From positions 61,155 through 125,154 of the forward strand of contig PCXL01000011.1 of NCBI GenBank assembly GCA_002787695.1: a DNA stretch of 64,000 nt, written 5' to 3'. Under the pieces are notes generated by a model. The model did not search any database. It saw only the letters and a program-made list of their open reading frames with translations, and was not told where the DNA came from. How positions within the stretch are numbered: position 1 is the first letter of the stretch; each line of letters begins with the position of its first letter. The DNA comes from Candidatus Zambryskibacteria bacterium CG10_big_fil_rev_8_21_14_0_10_42_12. GTDB taxonomy: Bacteria; Patescibacteriota; Minisyncoccia; Phycocordibacterales; 1-14-0-10-42-12. Positions 25,540 through 36,496 of this stretch are shown here, piece after piece. The position numbers were made by a program, and so were the translations under genes.

Positions 25540-28014
25540 ATGGCAAAAAAGAACGAGGAATATAACCCTGAAGGAGAAGGCTTGATAGAGGCGAGTCGTG
25601 TCATTTCGCAGAGTATTGTCGATGAGATGAAGGCATCTTTTATCGACTATGCAATGTCCGTTATTACTGACCGTGCTCTGCCGGATGTGCGCGACGGATT
25701 AAAGCCGGTGCATCGTCGTATTCTTTTTGCAATGCAAGAAATGAATTTGACCTCAAGCGCAAAAACCAAAAAATCTGCTGCTGTTGTTGGTGAAGTGCTC
25801 GGTAAATATCACCCTCATGGAGATACTTCTGTATACGACGCGATGGTTAAGATGGCACAACCGTTCACTATGCGTTACCCACTTGTTATTGGGCAGGGAA
25901 ACTTCGGGTCTGTTGATGGTGATAGTCCGGCCGCTATGCGTTATACCGAAGCTAAGATGTCCAAACTGGCTGGGGAATTACTACGAGATATCGAAAAAAA
26001 GACTGTCGATACACGTCCAAACTATGACGGTACAAAACGAGAACCAGTCGTTCTTCCAACTGCTGTACCGAACTTATTGTTGAATGGCGGTCTTGGTATT
26101 GCGGTTGGTATGGCAACAAACATTCCGCCACATAACCTTACTGAAGTACTCGATGCGACGACACATTTGGTAGATAATCCGGATGCATCATCGGAAGACC
26201 TTATGCAATTTATAAAAGGTCCCGATTTTCCAACTGGAGGTGTGATTTTTAATGAAAAAGATATTCACCATGCGTATTCAACTGGGCGAGGTGGTATCGT
26301 GGCGCGCGGCGTAGCGGATATTGTTGAAACGAAAGGTGGCATGTTCCAGATTGTGATTTCTGCTATTCCATACCGTGTCAACAAACAGGATATGGTTATT
26401 AAAATTGCGGATTTGGTTCGCGAGAAAAAACTCGAAGGTATCAAAGGGCTTCGCGATGAATCAACAAAAGATATTCGAGTGGTTATTGATCTCAAGACAG
26501 GCGCACAGCCTCAAAAAGTGCTCAACTATTTGTATAAACACACACAGCTCGAAGACACATTCCATTTAAATCTCGTGGCACTTGTAGATGGTGTGCCGAA
26601 GACGCTTTCAGTCAAAGGTGTGCTCGAAGAATTTGTCGGACACCGTAAAGAGGTTATTCGTCGTCGCACAGAGTACGACCTCGAAAAAGCGCTCGATAGA
26701 GAGCATATCTTAATTGGTCTCAAAAAGGCACTTGATCATATAGATGAAATCATTGCGCTTATTAAGAAATCTAAGGATGTAGAAACAGCGCGCGCAGGTC
26801 TCATAAAGACATTTAAGTTCTCAGAGCGACAAGCAAACGCCATTCTTGAGATGAGACTTCAGAAGCTTTCCGGACTTGAACGCAAGAAGATTGAGGATGA
26901 ATTGAAGAGTGTACAAGCATTGATCAAAGAACTTAAATCAATTCTTGAAAGCCCAAAGAAGGTAATTCAGATCATCAAAGACGAGCTTGGGGAGATAAAA
27001 GAAAAATACGGAGATGAACGCCAAACGAAGGTTATGAAGGGAGGCGTAAAGAATATTTCTGTTGAAGACATGATTCCTGATGTTGAAAATGTGTTGGTGA
27101 TGACTGCTGGAGGGTATATCAAACGCACTAATCCTGAAGAATTTAAGCGACAAAAAAGAGGTGGTGTTGGTGTGATTGATCTCAATACCAAGGAGGAAGA
27201 TTTTGTAACACGACTTATTTCTGCTGGTACTCATGATAATGTGCTCTTCTTTACAGATAAGGGCAAAGTGTATCAGATAAAAATGTATGAATTGCCGGAA
27301 GGAAAAAGAGCAACAAAAGGTAAATCTGTTATGAATTTCTTGCCACTTGCTCAGGATGAACATATTACGTCTGTGCTCCCAGTTTCAAAAGAAGAAAAAG
27401 CTCAAAAAGACATGTCTATCATTATGGTAACAGAGGACGGCACCTCAAAGCGTGTATCCGCAGATGCATTTTCTGATGTGCGTACATCTGGAATCATTGC
27501 TATCAAGCTTGCACCGAATGACCGACTTATTGCAGCTTCACTGTTGGCTGAGAAGGATTCGGTGTTGGTAACTACACAGAAAGGCCAATCGATTCATTTC
27601 AAAGCAAATGATATTCGAGAGATGGGACGAACTGCTGGCGGTGTACGTTCTATTAAGCTCGGTAAGGGAGATAAAGTTATTGCAGCCCAAGTGGCACCGG
27701 CCGGCATGAAAGATGCAACACTTTTGATAGTTACAAAGAATGGATATGGCAAGAAAACACTACTCAAGGAATATAAAATACAAAAACGTGGCGGTTCTGG
27801 CATTAAGACAGTAAAACTTACGTCAAAAACAGGAGATCTGATCGCATCTATGATTATTACTGACCCAGAAACTGAAGTTGTGGCAATGTCTACAAAGGGC
27901 CAGGTGATTCGCACAGGAGTAGACGAAATCGCGCAGCTCGGAAGGCAAACTCAGGGAGTCCGTGTAATGAAACTTCGTGAAGGGGACGCCATTGCATCGT
28001 TTACGTGCCTGTAA
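25540..28014 (+). CDS. gyrA: DNA gyrase subunit A
   Basis: [23 protein letters not shown] with active-site Tyr region. C-terminal beta-pinwheel repeats. Confidence 0.95.
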   Translation: MAKKNEEYNPEGEGLIEASRVISQSIVDEMKASFIDYAMSVITDRALPDVRDGLKPVHRRILFAMQEMNLTSSAKTKKSAAVVGEVLGKYHPHGDTSVYDAMVKMAQPFTMRYPLVIGQGNFGSVDGDSPAAMRYTEAKMSKLAGELLRDIEKKTVDTRPNYDGTKREPVVLPTAVPNLLLNGGLGIAVGMATNIPPHNLTEVLDATTHLVDNPDASSEDLMQFIKGPDFPTGGVIFNEKDIHHAYSTGRGGIVARGVADIVETKGGMFQIVISAIPYRVNKQDMVIKIADLVREKKLEGIKGLRDESTKDIRVVIDLKTGAQPQKVLNYLYKHTQLEDTFHLNLVALVDGVPKTLSVKGVLEEFVGHRKEVIRRRTEYDLEKALDREHILIGLKKALDHIDEIIALIKKSKDVETARAGLIKTFKFSERQANAILEMRLQKLSGLERKKIEDELKSVQALIKELKSILESPKKVIQIIKDELGEIKEKYGDERQTKVMKGGVKNISVEDMIPDVENVLVMTAGGYIKRTNPEEFKRQKRGGVGVIDLNTKEEDFVTRLISAGTHDNVLFFTDKGKVYQIKMYELPEGKRATKGKSVMNFLPLAQDEHITSVLPVSKEEKAQKDMSIIMVTEDGTSKRVSADAFSDVRTSGIIAIKLAPNDRLIAASLLAEKDSVLVTTQKGQSIHFKANDIREMGRTAGGVRSIKLGKGDKVIAAQVAPAGMKDATLLIVTKNGYGKKTLLKEYKIQKRGGSGIKTVKLTSKTGDLIASMIITDPETEVVAMSTKGQVIRTGVDEIAQLGRQTQGVRVMKLREGDAIASFTCL

Positions 28015-28166
28015 TAGGAATTGAAAATTAAAGATTGAAGATTGAAAATTAAGCAGTGCGCCCGAAAGGTGTACTGCTTTGTGTATAACTTCAGTCATAT
28101 ATTATCGTATAATGCATGTATTGGATAAATCTAATACCTAGTACCTGACACCTAATATCTATCTTT

Positions 28167-28700
28167 ATGTTTTCAAATCCTATACAAAATGTACCGCGCT
28201 TTGGGTTGAAGCCCGGTATGAAAGTTGCAGATTTTGGTTCTGGTTCAGGTACTTATGCGAGAGAGCTCGCCCATTTCTTGGGGCCCGATGGCAAAGTGTA
28301 CGCCGTTGATATTCAGCGTGAGCTTCTCAATAATTTGGTTGCAGAAGCGGGCAGAGAGGGATTAAGAAATATTGAGCCAGTCTGGGCAGATCTTGAAAAA
28401 GTTGAGGGTAGTAACATTCCCAGCAATACACTTGATGCAGTAGTTATTTCTAACATTCTGTTTCAGGTCGGTAACAAAGAAGGACTCTTGCGTGAAGCCG
28501 TGCGTGTTACTCACCCGTATGGAAAAGTGATTTTAATCGACTGGATTGATTCATTTGGAAATCTTGGGCCACACCAAGGGAGTGTGGTGACACGAGATGA
28601 TGCTGTAGTACTGGCGGACAAAGTTGGGCTCTCGCTTCGATCAGAATTTGAGGCGGGGAGCAATCATTATGGTCTGATTTTTGAGAAGAAGTCTCAATAA
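28167..28700 (+). CDS. Class I SAM-dependent methyltransferase
   Basis: VADFGSGSGTYAREL (motif I). Confidence 0.75.
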   Translation: MFSNPIQNVPRFGLKPGMKVADFGSGSGTYARELAHFLGPDGKVYAVDIQRELLNNLVAEAGREGLRNIEPVWADLEKVEGSNIPSNTLDAVVISNILFQVGNKEGLLREAVRVTHPYGKVILIDWIDSFGNLGPHQGSVVTRDDAVVLADKVGLSLRSEFEAGSNHYGLIFEKKSQ

Positions 28701-28844
28701 GCTTCATTTTATAAACATGCCAGTCCCACGAGTTATCGTATAATGAAGCCACATGTTTACCGAGCACTTAGAAGTAGAATGTTTTAATAAAATACTGTAT
28801 CGAGGACTAAGTGCTTGGCTTATTAAATTATTCTGTCTATCCGT

Positions 28845-30134
28845 ATGAACCGTTTTCAGATCATTCTCATCGCAGCCTTCGCCTTTTTTGCTGTGTTTGG
28901 TGTATTTCTGTTTGCAACGTTCCGAGGTGCAGGTGAAAACCAACAGATCTCTGTCACGATGTGGGGTACTCTGCCACAGGTTGATTTCTATAGCTGGTAT
29001 AGCAGTACACCACTTAGTAAAAATAATAATATTACGGTCACATATGTGTATAAGAATCCGGATACATTTGACCAAGATTTTGTTGAAGCGCTTGCAGACG
29101 GAAGAGGTCCAGATATCATCTTTTTGCCTCATGAGAAAATTTTAGAACACGGCAACAGGATCTATCCGATTCCGTACGATACCCTTTCAGAACGCAATTT
29201 CAGAGATTTGTTCGTTGAAGGGACAGAGATTTTTCTTGGACCAAATGGATCTTACGCACTTCCGATCATCATTGATCCTTTAGTTATGTATTGGAATCGA
29301 GATATATTCCGAAATGCAGGCATTGCACAAGTACCACAATATTGGGATGAATTTCCATCACTTGCGCTGAGCTTGGTAGAACGTGATTCACTCAAAAATA
29401 TTACGCAAAGCGCTGTTGCTCTTGGAGAATACGGCAATGTATATCGGGCACGAGATATTATCTCCGTATTACTCATGCAAGCCGGTACGCCTATTACGCA
29501 ACAATCTTCATTGGGTCTCCAGTCCGTGTTGGGTAGTACGTTTAATTTTGCAACTATGCCTGCAGATGCGGCACTGACGTTTTATACACAGTTTGCAAAT
29601 CCGGCAAAAGATATTTACTCATGGAATCGCTCATTTAATAATTCATTAAACATTTTTGCATCAGGCGATCTGGGAATCCTGTTTGCACGTTCGTCAGATT
29701 TGTTTGCAATTCAATCACGTAATCCAAATTTAAACTTTGACGTAGCTCTTCTTCCTCAACCGCGTGAAGCGACAAATAAAATGACATATGGATACATGGA
29801 AGGTTTGGCGCTTGTAAAGCAGTCGCAAAAACTCTCTGGCGCATATCGTGTGATACAAGAGCTTACTAGTAAAGAGTCGGTGACTGCACTATCAAACATA
29901 CTCAAACTGCCTCCTGTTCGCCGAGATGTGCTGGTGAGCCGTCCGTCGGATGCATATCTCTCTGTGTTCTACGAGAGTGCTTTAATCTCTCAGGCGTGGC
30001 TTTCGCCACATCCTGCTACCACTGATAGTATTTTTAGAGATATGGTGGAATCTATTACAAGTGGGCGGTTGCGAATGGGTGAAGCGATTCGTGCTGCGAG
30101 TGATGCACTTAATCGTGCGCTCGGACGCAACTAA
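28845..30134 (+). CDS. Extracellular solute-binding protein (ABC transporter SBP family 1-like), N-terminal TM anchor
   Basis: DIIFLPHEKI and LPIIIDPLVMYWNRDIF are typical of sugar-type SBPs. Confidence 0.65.
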   Translation: MNRFQIILIAAFAFFAVFGVFLFATFRGAGENQQISVTMWGTLPQVDFYSWYSSTPLSKNNNITVTYVYKNPDTFDQDFVEALADGRGPDIIFLPHEKILEHGNRIYPIPYDTLSERNFRDLFVEGTEIFLGPNGSYALPIIIDPLVMYWNRDIFRNAGIAQVPQYWDEFPSLALSLVERDSLKNITQSAVALGEYGNVYRARDIISVLLMQAGTPITQQSSLGLQSVLGSTFNFATMPADAALTFYTQFANPAKDIYSWNRSFNNSLNIFASGDLGILFARSSDLFAIQSRNPNLNFDVALLPQPREATNKMTYGYMEGLALVKQSQKLSGAYRVIQELTSKESVTALSNILKLPPVRRDVLVSRPSDAYLSVFYESALISQAWLSPHPATTDSIFRDMVESITSGRLRMGEAIRAASDALNRALGRN

Positions 30135-30138
30135 CAAT

Positions 30139-30519
30139 ATGAAATTTCTAAACATAGCAGTTACAACCCTTATCACCGCGTCTCCTCTTTTATTGTATGC
30201 TCAAGAACAAGACGCAATGAGAGGAGAGATAACCGATGAGCGCTGTGAAGGATTTAGCTGTGATTATGGTGATTTAATAAATCTCATACAGGATATTTTA
30301 TTGTTTATGTTGAAGCTTTCAATACCGATCGCAGCTATCGCCCTTGCGGTTGCTGGGTTCAAGATTTTGACAGCACGAGATTCAGTCACAGAACGTAGTG
30401 AAGCTAAAACCATGATGCTTAAAATAGTAGGTGGCGTTATGATTATGTTGGCAGCAGGACTGATTGTGAATACGATTGTTGGTGCGTTATTGCAAGGCGA
30501 CTTTAATTTTTTGGATTAA
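30139..30519 (+). CDS. Small 2-TM pilin-like protein (TrbC/VirB2-like), paralog 1 of 6
   Basis: Signal peptide MKFLNIAVTTLITASPLLLYAQ, then two TM helices with a charged loop. Confidence 0.5.
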   Translation: MKFLNIAVTTLITASPLLLYAQEQDAMRGEITDERCEGFSCDYGDLINLIQDILLFMLKLSIPIAAIALAVAGFKILTARDSVTERSEAKTMMLKIVGGVMIMLAAGLIVNTIVGALLQGDFNFLD

Positions 30520-30523
30520 CATT

Positions 30524-30973
30524 ATGAAATATATCTTCATTACCGTGATACAGGCTGTTTTCATAGGAATGTTTATGATATCCAGTGTAAGTTTTGCGGA
30601 AACAGGTATTGAACCGGGCACCCCTAGTGGAGGTGGTACAGGTATTGAACCGGGCACCCCAGGTGGCAGTCCTGCGTCCCATCAAATCAACTTTCAAAAC
30701 CCGCTCTCGCTTGGAGAAAATGCAACCATCTCAACATTTATTGAGTCAATCCTTAGAAATATTGTTGTTCCGATAGGAGCAGTCGTATCTGTGTTCTTTA
30801 TTATCTATGCAGGCTTCCTGTTTGTGACAGCGCGCGGAAGCGAAGACAAAGTGACAAAAGCAAAAACTGCACTCCTCAATGCGGTTATTGGTACAGTTAT
30901 TATTTTAGGATCATGGGTGATTGCCCAGGCAATTTCAGGCACTGTCTCACAACTAGGAGGCCCAACGTTATAA
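30524..30973 (+). CDS. Small 2-TM pilin-like protein, paralog 2 (Gly/Pro-rich GIEPGTP repeat insert)
   Basis: Signal peptide, duplicated TGIEPGTPxGG, then TM-loop-TM. Confidence 0.5.
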   Translation: MKYIFITVIQAVFIGMFMISSVSFAETGIEPGTPSGGGTGIEPGTPGGSPASHQINFQNPLSLGENATISTFIESILRNIVVPIGAVVSVFFIIYAGFLFVTARGSEDKVTKAKTALLNAVIGTVIILGSWVIAQAISGTVSQLGGPTL

Positions 30974-30980
30974 ACGTATT

Positions 30981-31319
30981 ATGAAAAAAATCGTCTTACT
31001 TTCTACACTTTTTGCACCTCACCTGCTATTTGCCCAACTAATTACATCAGACTTTAAAAGTTTTGTTACGAGCCTGGTGAATGCGTTTTTACCGACACTG
31101 TTGGGTATCATTGCTCTTATTTTGTTTTTGTATTTCGTCTGGCGTGTAGCACAGTTTATTTTGCATGCAGACAGTAAAGAAACACGTTCATCTGCGAGTC
31201 GAGTGTTTCTCTGGGGTATTCTCGCTCTGTTTGTTGCAGCATCACTTGTTGCCATAATTTCATTTTTACTGGGAGAGTTTGGTTTTGGCGTACCGGTTAT
31301 TCCTAAATTGCCACAATAA
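30981..31319 (+). CDS. Small 2-TM pilin-like protein, paralog 3
   Basis: Signal peptide MKKIVLLSTLFAPHLLFAQ and a VFLWGILALFVAASL core. Confidence 0.5.
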   Translation: MKKIVLLSTLFAPHLLFAQLITSDFKSFVTSLVNAFLPTLLGIIALILFLYFVWRVAQFILHADSKETRSSASRVFLWGILALFVAASLVAIISFLLGEFGFGVPVIPKLPQ

Positions 31320-31378
31320 CAGTGGGTTGTTGATAAATAGTAGTCATTTGAGCATTAAACATATTACAATTAAAAATT

Positions 31379-31753
31379 ATGAAAAAAAGTATATATATAA
31401 GTTTGCTAGCATTATCACCACTCATTGTATTGGCACAACCATCTAGTGGTTATTTAACACAATCACAAGGTTTATTGGATGGAGTTTTAAATACGATTAC
31501 ATTACTTATTGGTATTGCAATTGTGCTCGCGTTTCTATTTTTTGTGTGGGGTATTGCAGAATTTATCCGTAAGGCAGATGATGCTGGCAATAGAGCAGAA
31601 GGTCGCCAGAGAATGATCTGGGGTATTGTTGCGCTCGCTGTTCTTGCAACTGTCTGGGGTATTGTGAGATGGCTACAGATTGAACTTGGTCTTTCTGCAA
31701 ACGAAGCTGCGCCGGGAATATTCCAATTCTTCCAGCTTTGGAGTGGTAACTAA
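31379..31753 (+). CDS. Small 2-TM pilin-like protein, paralog 4
   Basis: Signal peptide, then AGNRAEGRQRMIWGIVALAVLATVWGIV. Confidence 0.55.
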   Translation: MKKSIYISLLALSPLIVLAQPSSGYLTQSQGLLDGVLNTITLLIGIAIVLAFLFFVWGIAEFIRKADDAGNRAEGRQRMIWGIVALAVLATVWGIVRWLQIELGLSANEAAPGIFQFFQLWSGN

Positions 31754-31838
31754 TCCACATTGTATCCTTGCCACTTCCGTAGTAGCATTGTCTCATAGGT
31801 GCTAAACGCCCTTAATTATAAAGTTTTATTTACTCAAA

Positions 31839-32189
31839 ATGAAAAAAGCAGTTATTACTTCTTTGATGCTTGGCGCAATGCCGTTTATTGCAAGTGCCCA
31901 GCTTGAAAACATTGAAGACATTGTTGTATCAATTGGTGATATTATCGACCTTTTGGTACCTATTGTGTTTGCACTCGCTATCCTCTATTTCTTCTGGGGA
32001 CTTGCACAATTTATCTTGGCTTCAGGAGACGAAACCGCACGTGCAGAAGGCCGCCAGAAGATGATCTGGGGTATTGTAGCAATTGCAGTAATGGCATCTA
32101 TCTGGGGACTTGTGTTCTTCTTGCAAGATGCTGTTGGTGTAAGTCGAGTAGACGCACCGTCTATCGATGTTATTCCGACTGTCAACTAA
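31839..32189 (+). CDS. Small 2-TM pilin-like protein, paralog 5
   Basis: Signal peptide, then ARAEGRQKMIWGIVAIAVMASIWGLV, almost the same motif as paralog 4. Confidence 0.55.
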   Translation: MKKAVITSLMLGAMPFIASAQLENIEDIVVSIGDIIDLLVPIVFALAILYFFWGLAQFILASGDETARAEGRQKMIWGIVAIAVMASIWGLVFFLQDAVGVSRVDAPSIDVIPTVN

Positions 32190-32209
32190 CGAGAGTGCTA
32201 TAAGATTCC

Positions 32210-32485
32210 ATGGATAGCTTCGGAACATTGCTTGGTAAGATAAACGAGTTCATTATCAATCCGATTATCTACGTCCTCTTTGCGGTTGCATTTATCTTCT
32301 TCTTTATCGGACTTATACAGGTTGTCAAAGGATCAAAAGAAGGTGGAGATGATTTTGCAAAAGGGAAGAGAAACATGCTCTATGGACTTATCGGATTTGT
32401 CGTGATGTTTGGAGTTTACGGCATTATCAACCTGCTCTTAGGAACATTTGGAATCGATACACCGGAATATCTGCAAGGGTTGTAG
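32210..32485 (+). CDS. Small 2-TM membrane protein related to the pilin-like array (no signal peptide)
   Basis: FAKGKRNMLYGLIGFVVMFGVYGI motif analogous to the paralogs. Confidence 0.45.
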   Translation: MDSFGTLLGKINEFIINPIIYVLFAVAFIFFFIGLIQVVKGSKEGGDDFAKGKRNMLYGLIGFVVMFGVYGIINLLLGTFGIDTPEYLQGL

Positions 32486-32507
32486 AAAAATAAGATTCAG
32501 ATAACGA

Positions 32508-32552
32508 AAGACCGCCTGACGGATCCCTTGCGGGACCGTCAGGCGGTTTTGG
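32508..32552. terminator. Bidirectional compound hairpin terminator
   Basis: ACCGCCTGACGG...CCGTCAGGCGGT plus TTTT, between the pilin array and the convergent minus-strand gene. Confidence 0.6.
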
Positions 32553-32566
32553 TTGTGGAGGCGACA

Positions 32567-34873
32567 TCAGTCTACCTCCGGAAACAGAACCCATAGTCGA
32601 TTGACATATGGCTCTGCATTTTCGGTCATGATCCGGATGGTCCTGAAATTACTTCGCAGGACAGTTCCGGACTGACCGACTCTAAACGGTTCTCCGCCGT
32701 CTAGAGAGATGAGAAGTCGATCATCAACCATCATCAGTCGCTCGAGATTTGTGTATTTCGAGCGCGCTATGATGCTGTCGACTTGCGCCTTACCGTTCTC
32801 CATACCGAGCCGTTCGAGCTCGGAGGAGACATAGGAGCGGAGCTCTTCGACAACATCTATCGTTTCTCCCCAGACGCCATTGCCTGGGGCGGCAAACATG
32901 ATTCCTCTTTTTCTTTGGAATCCCCCTGCTCGAGCTTTTGCCTCGAGCTTGTCGATTGTTCGTTGCCAAGGAGAAAAACTCCTCCCGGCAGCAACATAGA
33001 CGGCATGTGCCCAGCGTACGTGCTCCTCGATGTCATGCTCATACGGGTCAATGCCCATATTGCGAGCAATTCCACCATGGAACCCGGCGTTGACTTGGCA
33101 TAAGCCTATGTCTTCATTGTCCGAACCGCGCAAGATCGTGCCGTCGTCATTGTAGTGACGTAAGCCCGACTCTTCGCGACAAATGGCGAGCATCCACCGG
33201 ACTGCTTCCGGACCTTCGCTGTCGAAGACTTGTTGGATAATCGCCTCTGCTTGAGCGGCAGGTATGAGATTGTGCTGCTCAAGGGCTTGTTCAGTTTGTT
33301 TCGGAGCATCGTCAGATCCTCCAAACCAGTCCAACCAACCTCCTTTATTCTCAGAGCGCTCGAGCTGCTGCTTGTACTGCAGCCAGCGGATACCTTCCTC
33401 CGAGGTTAACGGTTTTCCTGGAACTCCAATTCTCGAAGAACCAGGATTGTTGGCAACGCACGCATAGACGTGCACCATCCACCAATCTCCGTCTTCACCT
33501 GTAGGAGACGTATCTCCCTCAGGGCGACAGTACAGGGCAACCCCCTCTTTTGTGAAGAGGATATTGTCCTCAAAATCCTGCCTCATCTGCTTTGCCGTAT
33601 GGATTACTCCAGGAAGCGAAGTGATAAAGGAGGGAGTGAGAATGGTGAGTACCGTTCCCACAGTGGCTAGTGATGCCAGTGTGGTAAACCATGAACCTAC
33701 AACGCGAGAACCGGTTATCCGGTGGTACACTCCGTTAAAGGTCAGAATAGCGATACCGACCGCCATTATGGTGTGAAGTGTCGAGTGGTCTTTGAGCGGT
33801 AAGTGTGCAAGCATTCCGCTCATGAGACCAACGACCATCAGAAATCCGAGAACGGCCCAATACTTCTGCCGTGCGGGTTTGAAACCCATGAGGCGAAGCA
33901 TGAGTGCTCCTATTCCGAAGAGGAGCACGAGGGGGATTGCATACATAAGCAATTGCCCCAAAATAGATTCCGCTCCACTACCACTCACAACGAGTCCTAG
34001 TGCCAATTTATACCCAAAGTATACGATAAGCGCAGGACCCACGATGAAGATGATGATGGAGAAAGCGAAAACGGTGCATGCCAAGTACCACAGTGCTCGG
34101 GCAACTCTGTCTGCAGGTGCTTCTTCCTGCATCACAAACGGCACTGGGCCGTTTGGCGTGAACACGGGAACCATTCTCCCAGAACCGGCCATTCGTCCGA
34201 GTGACGCTAATCCGGGTCGTCGAGCGATTAAGCTCTCTGCGAACCGGGTGAATTTTTGCCAGCGAGTGGCTTGGTAGAGGAACTCGAGCTGGGACGTAAC
34301 CCACGCATCGTATTCTTGTACCGTTTCACCCTCTTTCATCTTCCGAAAAATACGCCGGAAGATGTTTACGAAAAGCTTTACCGGATCTCCAGCAGAAATC
34401 CAGGTAATGGTTCCATCGGGATTGCGTGTTGCCACGTCAAACCCATTTTTGGCCGCACGCCACGCCTGGCCGATCGCGTTCTCGCGATCGTCGGATGGGT
34501 TGCGGTGGAAATAGTCTTGGGCACGTGTCCAGCCGCTCTTGAGTTGATCGGCCAGGATCATCTTGGCTTCCTTGGCGTATTCGCCGCGGAAGGTTTTGAT
34601 GACGATATTGGCGATGACTTCGGCGGCTTTGTCAGGGTCGCCCCCGAAGCCGCCAACCACCTTTTTCCCCACGCTGATGATGATGTCGTACAGGACTTCA
34701 TCTTTCACCGCAGAGAACATGCCTTTTGCTGCGGATTTGATATTCCGCAGTATGTTTCGTAACATTTCTTCTCTCCTTGGCGCGAGATGCGCCGATACTC
34801 TAGATTGTGATAGACCTAAGTCCTCATATATTATAACAAAAAATGGTGAATTGTCAATGTAATTATTTGACAA
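32567..34873 (-). CDS. Polytopic membrane protein with C-terminal SLT-type lytic transglycosylase domain (VirB1-like activity on a VirB6-like multi-TM body?)
   Basis: Central block of five or more TM helices. C-terminal AICREESGLRHYN...DIGLCQVN...Y gives the SLT catalytic Glu-Ser, GLxQ and Tyr motifs. GC about 52-55%. Confidence 0.65.
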   Translation of the reverse strand: MSNNYIDNSPFFVIIYEDLGLSQSRVSAHLAPRREEMLRNILRNIKSAAKGMFSAVKDEVLYDIIISVGKKVVGGFGGDPDKAAEVIANIVIKTFRGEYAKEAKMILADQLKSGWTRAQDYFHRNPSDDRENAIGQAWRAAKNGFDVATRNPDGTITWISAGDPVKLFVNIFRRIFRKMKEGETVQEYDAWVTSQLEFLYQATRWQKFTRFAESLIARRPGLASLGRMAGSGRMVPVFTPNGPVPFVMQEEAPADRVARALWYLACTVFAFSIIIFIVGPALIVYFGYKLALGLVVSGSGAESILGQLLMYAIPLVLLFGIGALMLRLMGFKPARQKYWAVLGFLMVVGLMSGMLAHLPLKDHSTLHTIMAVGIAILTFNGVYHRITGSRVVGSWFTTLASLATVGTVLTILTPSFITSLPGVIHTAKQMRQDFEDNILFTKEGVALYCRPEGDTSPTGEDGDWWMVHVYACVANNPGSSRIGVPGKPLTSEEGIRWLQYKQQLERSENKGGWLDWFGGSDDAPKQTEQALEQHNLIPAAQAEAIIQQVFDSEGPEAVRWMLAICREESGLRHYNDDGTILRGSDNEDIGLCQVNAGFHGGIARNMGIDPYEHDIEEHVRWAHAVYVAAGRSFSPWQRTIDKLEAKARAGGFQRKRGIMFAAPGNGVWGETIDVVEELRSYVSSELERLGMENGKAQVDSIIARSKYTNLERLMMVDDRLLISLDGGEPFRVGQSGTVLRSNFRTIRIMTENAEPYVNRLWVLFPEVD

Positions 34874-34970
34874 ATAACTTAAATTATGATAATAAAGTGC
34901 TAGAACGGCTCTCTAAAGCCATTCGACCTTTTACATAGAGAATGTGGGTGAGGCCCACAGGGAGAAAATG

Positions 34971-36341
34971 ATGAGGAAACTTATCGTATTGGCGAGCGTG
35001 CTCGCCATGATGTGCACGATGCTGGCTTCGGGCCAGACGTTGTTCGAGGGTGTCATTCAGACGAACGACAACCGCGAGGAGGTCGTCAAAATCACGGAGC
35101 AACCAGCGGTGCAGCCGCAGAAGCAAATCCAGGCTGTTGCGCCACAGGCGCAGCAGATCGAAGAGACTCAGGTGGCGGCACCTGTCGATCAGTCGGCGGT
35201 GACTCCTGAACCGACTGCGCCGGCTCAGGATGTCGCGGTTCAGACAGGCATACCTGACAACCCGACAAGCGAGTGGTTGGTCGAGTACATGCTCGGTGGT
35301 CTCTACTGGATAGTCAGAGCCGCATCAGATCTGACATTCTGGCAGATTTTGCTCATTATCCTGGCTGTATTGGCGGTAGCGGGGTTAGGGTATGGATGGT
35401 CGCAATTTCCGCACCCAGTAGCAGATCTGAAATCAAGAATGCGATCGGTATGGCGCAAGTTGCGGGTAGTGTTCGGTGATCATAAGTATCACCGTACCGA
35501 AACTTCCGGCGGACCGTATCGTAAACTGACGCTACTCGAGGATGTATTACGCCAAGGTTCAAAGTCAGGACCTCAACTGGTCTTGTTCTTGGGACTTTAC
35601 GCTGGTGTAGCGTCGGCGGCAGTGCTGACCAACGAGCCTGTGCTTCACCCACAAAACATCGAGCCGGTTGCCGTTGTTGAGAACACGACGTCGACTGTCA
35701 CGATCAGTTGCACGGCGAACATGTCGTGCAACAAGGTGAAGTCTGCGCGACTGGGTACGTCTGACCACGTGTCTGTAACTGCAACATCCAAAGACAAACT
35801 GGTGTTGCAGGTGAAAACTGGTCCTCGTTCGCACATTCAGGAGGACCGTATCGTTCTCCACTACGGTGATGGGGTGGAAAGGCGAATCGCCGGATTCTTC
35901 ACGCTGCCACGTCAGGCAGCTGAGACGATCGAATTCATGATGCGGTTGCATCCTGGTGAGCAGGAGGCTGGAGGTGCACACAGTGCAATCACTGCGGTCC
36001 TCCAAGCTGAGATCGACCGGATCGACCAGCACAAAGTTGACCCGCTCCGTGAGGAGGTAGAGAAACTCAAAGCTCGTGTCCAAGAAAACGAGCAACGAGT
36101 CAGGACAAATACCGGTCTCATGGCCGAGGTGCGCGACGAAGTCGTTGCTCTTCGTGACAGGGTCGGCGAGACAGAAGAGCGACTCGGCAAGCTCGAGCAC
36201 ACCGAGCGCTCACAGGTACTCTACGCCTGTGCCGGTTTCGGCACACGGCAAGAAAATGGCGCCGCACTTGCTGCGGTTGCCAAACGAGAAGGGAAGACAC
36301 CGAAGCAAGTCTGCGAAGACATGCAAACGGATCCTTTCTGA
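34971..36341 (+). CDS. Hypothetical exported/membrane protein with Gln/Pro-rich linker and C-terminal coiled coil (GC-rich)
   Basis: Signal-like N-terminus MMRKLIVLASVLAMMCTML, an internal TM segment ILLIILAVLAVAGLGYGW, and a C-terminal heptad-rich EEVEKLKARVQENEQRV... About 58% GC. Confidence 0.5.
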   Translation: MRKLIVLASVLAMMCTMLASGQTLFEGVIQTNDNREEVVKITEQPAVQPQKQIQAVAPQAQQIEETQVAAPVDQSAVTPEPTAPAQDVAVQTGIPDNPTSEWLVEYMLGGLYWIVRAASDLTFWQILLIILAVLAVAGLGYGWSQFPHPVADLKSRMRSVWRKLRVVFGDHKYHRTETSGGPYRKLTLLEDVLRQGSKSGPQLVLFLGLYAGVASAAVLTNEPVLHPQNIEPVAVVENTTSTVTISCTANMSCNKVKSARLGTSDHVSVTATSKDKLVLQVKTGPRSHIQEDRIVLHYGDGVERRIAGFFTLPRQAAETIEFMMRLHPGEQEAGGAHSAITAVLQAEIDRIDQHKVDPLREEVEKLKARVQENEQRVRTNTGLMAEVRDEVVALRDRVGETEERLGKLEHTERSQVLYACAGFGTRQENGAALAAVAKREGKTPKQVCEDMQTDPF

Positions 36342-36496
36342 TCTGATCAGTTTCCAAATCCAGACCGAGTAGTACCACGTTGTACTGCTCGGCCTGTTTT
36401 AATTTCGAAAAATGTTTAAAATTAGCCATAAAAATGCTCATGGTATTATTAATAAGGAACACAGCTCTGCAATATATATAGGTATAGGAGGCTCAC

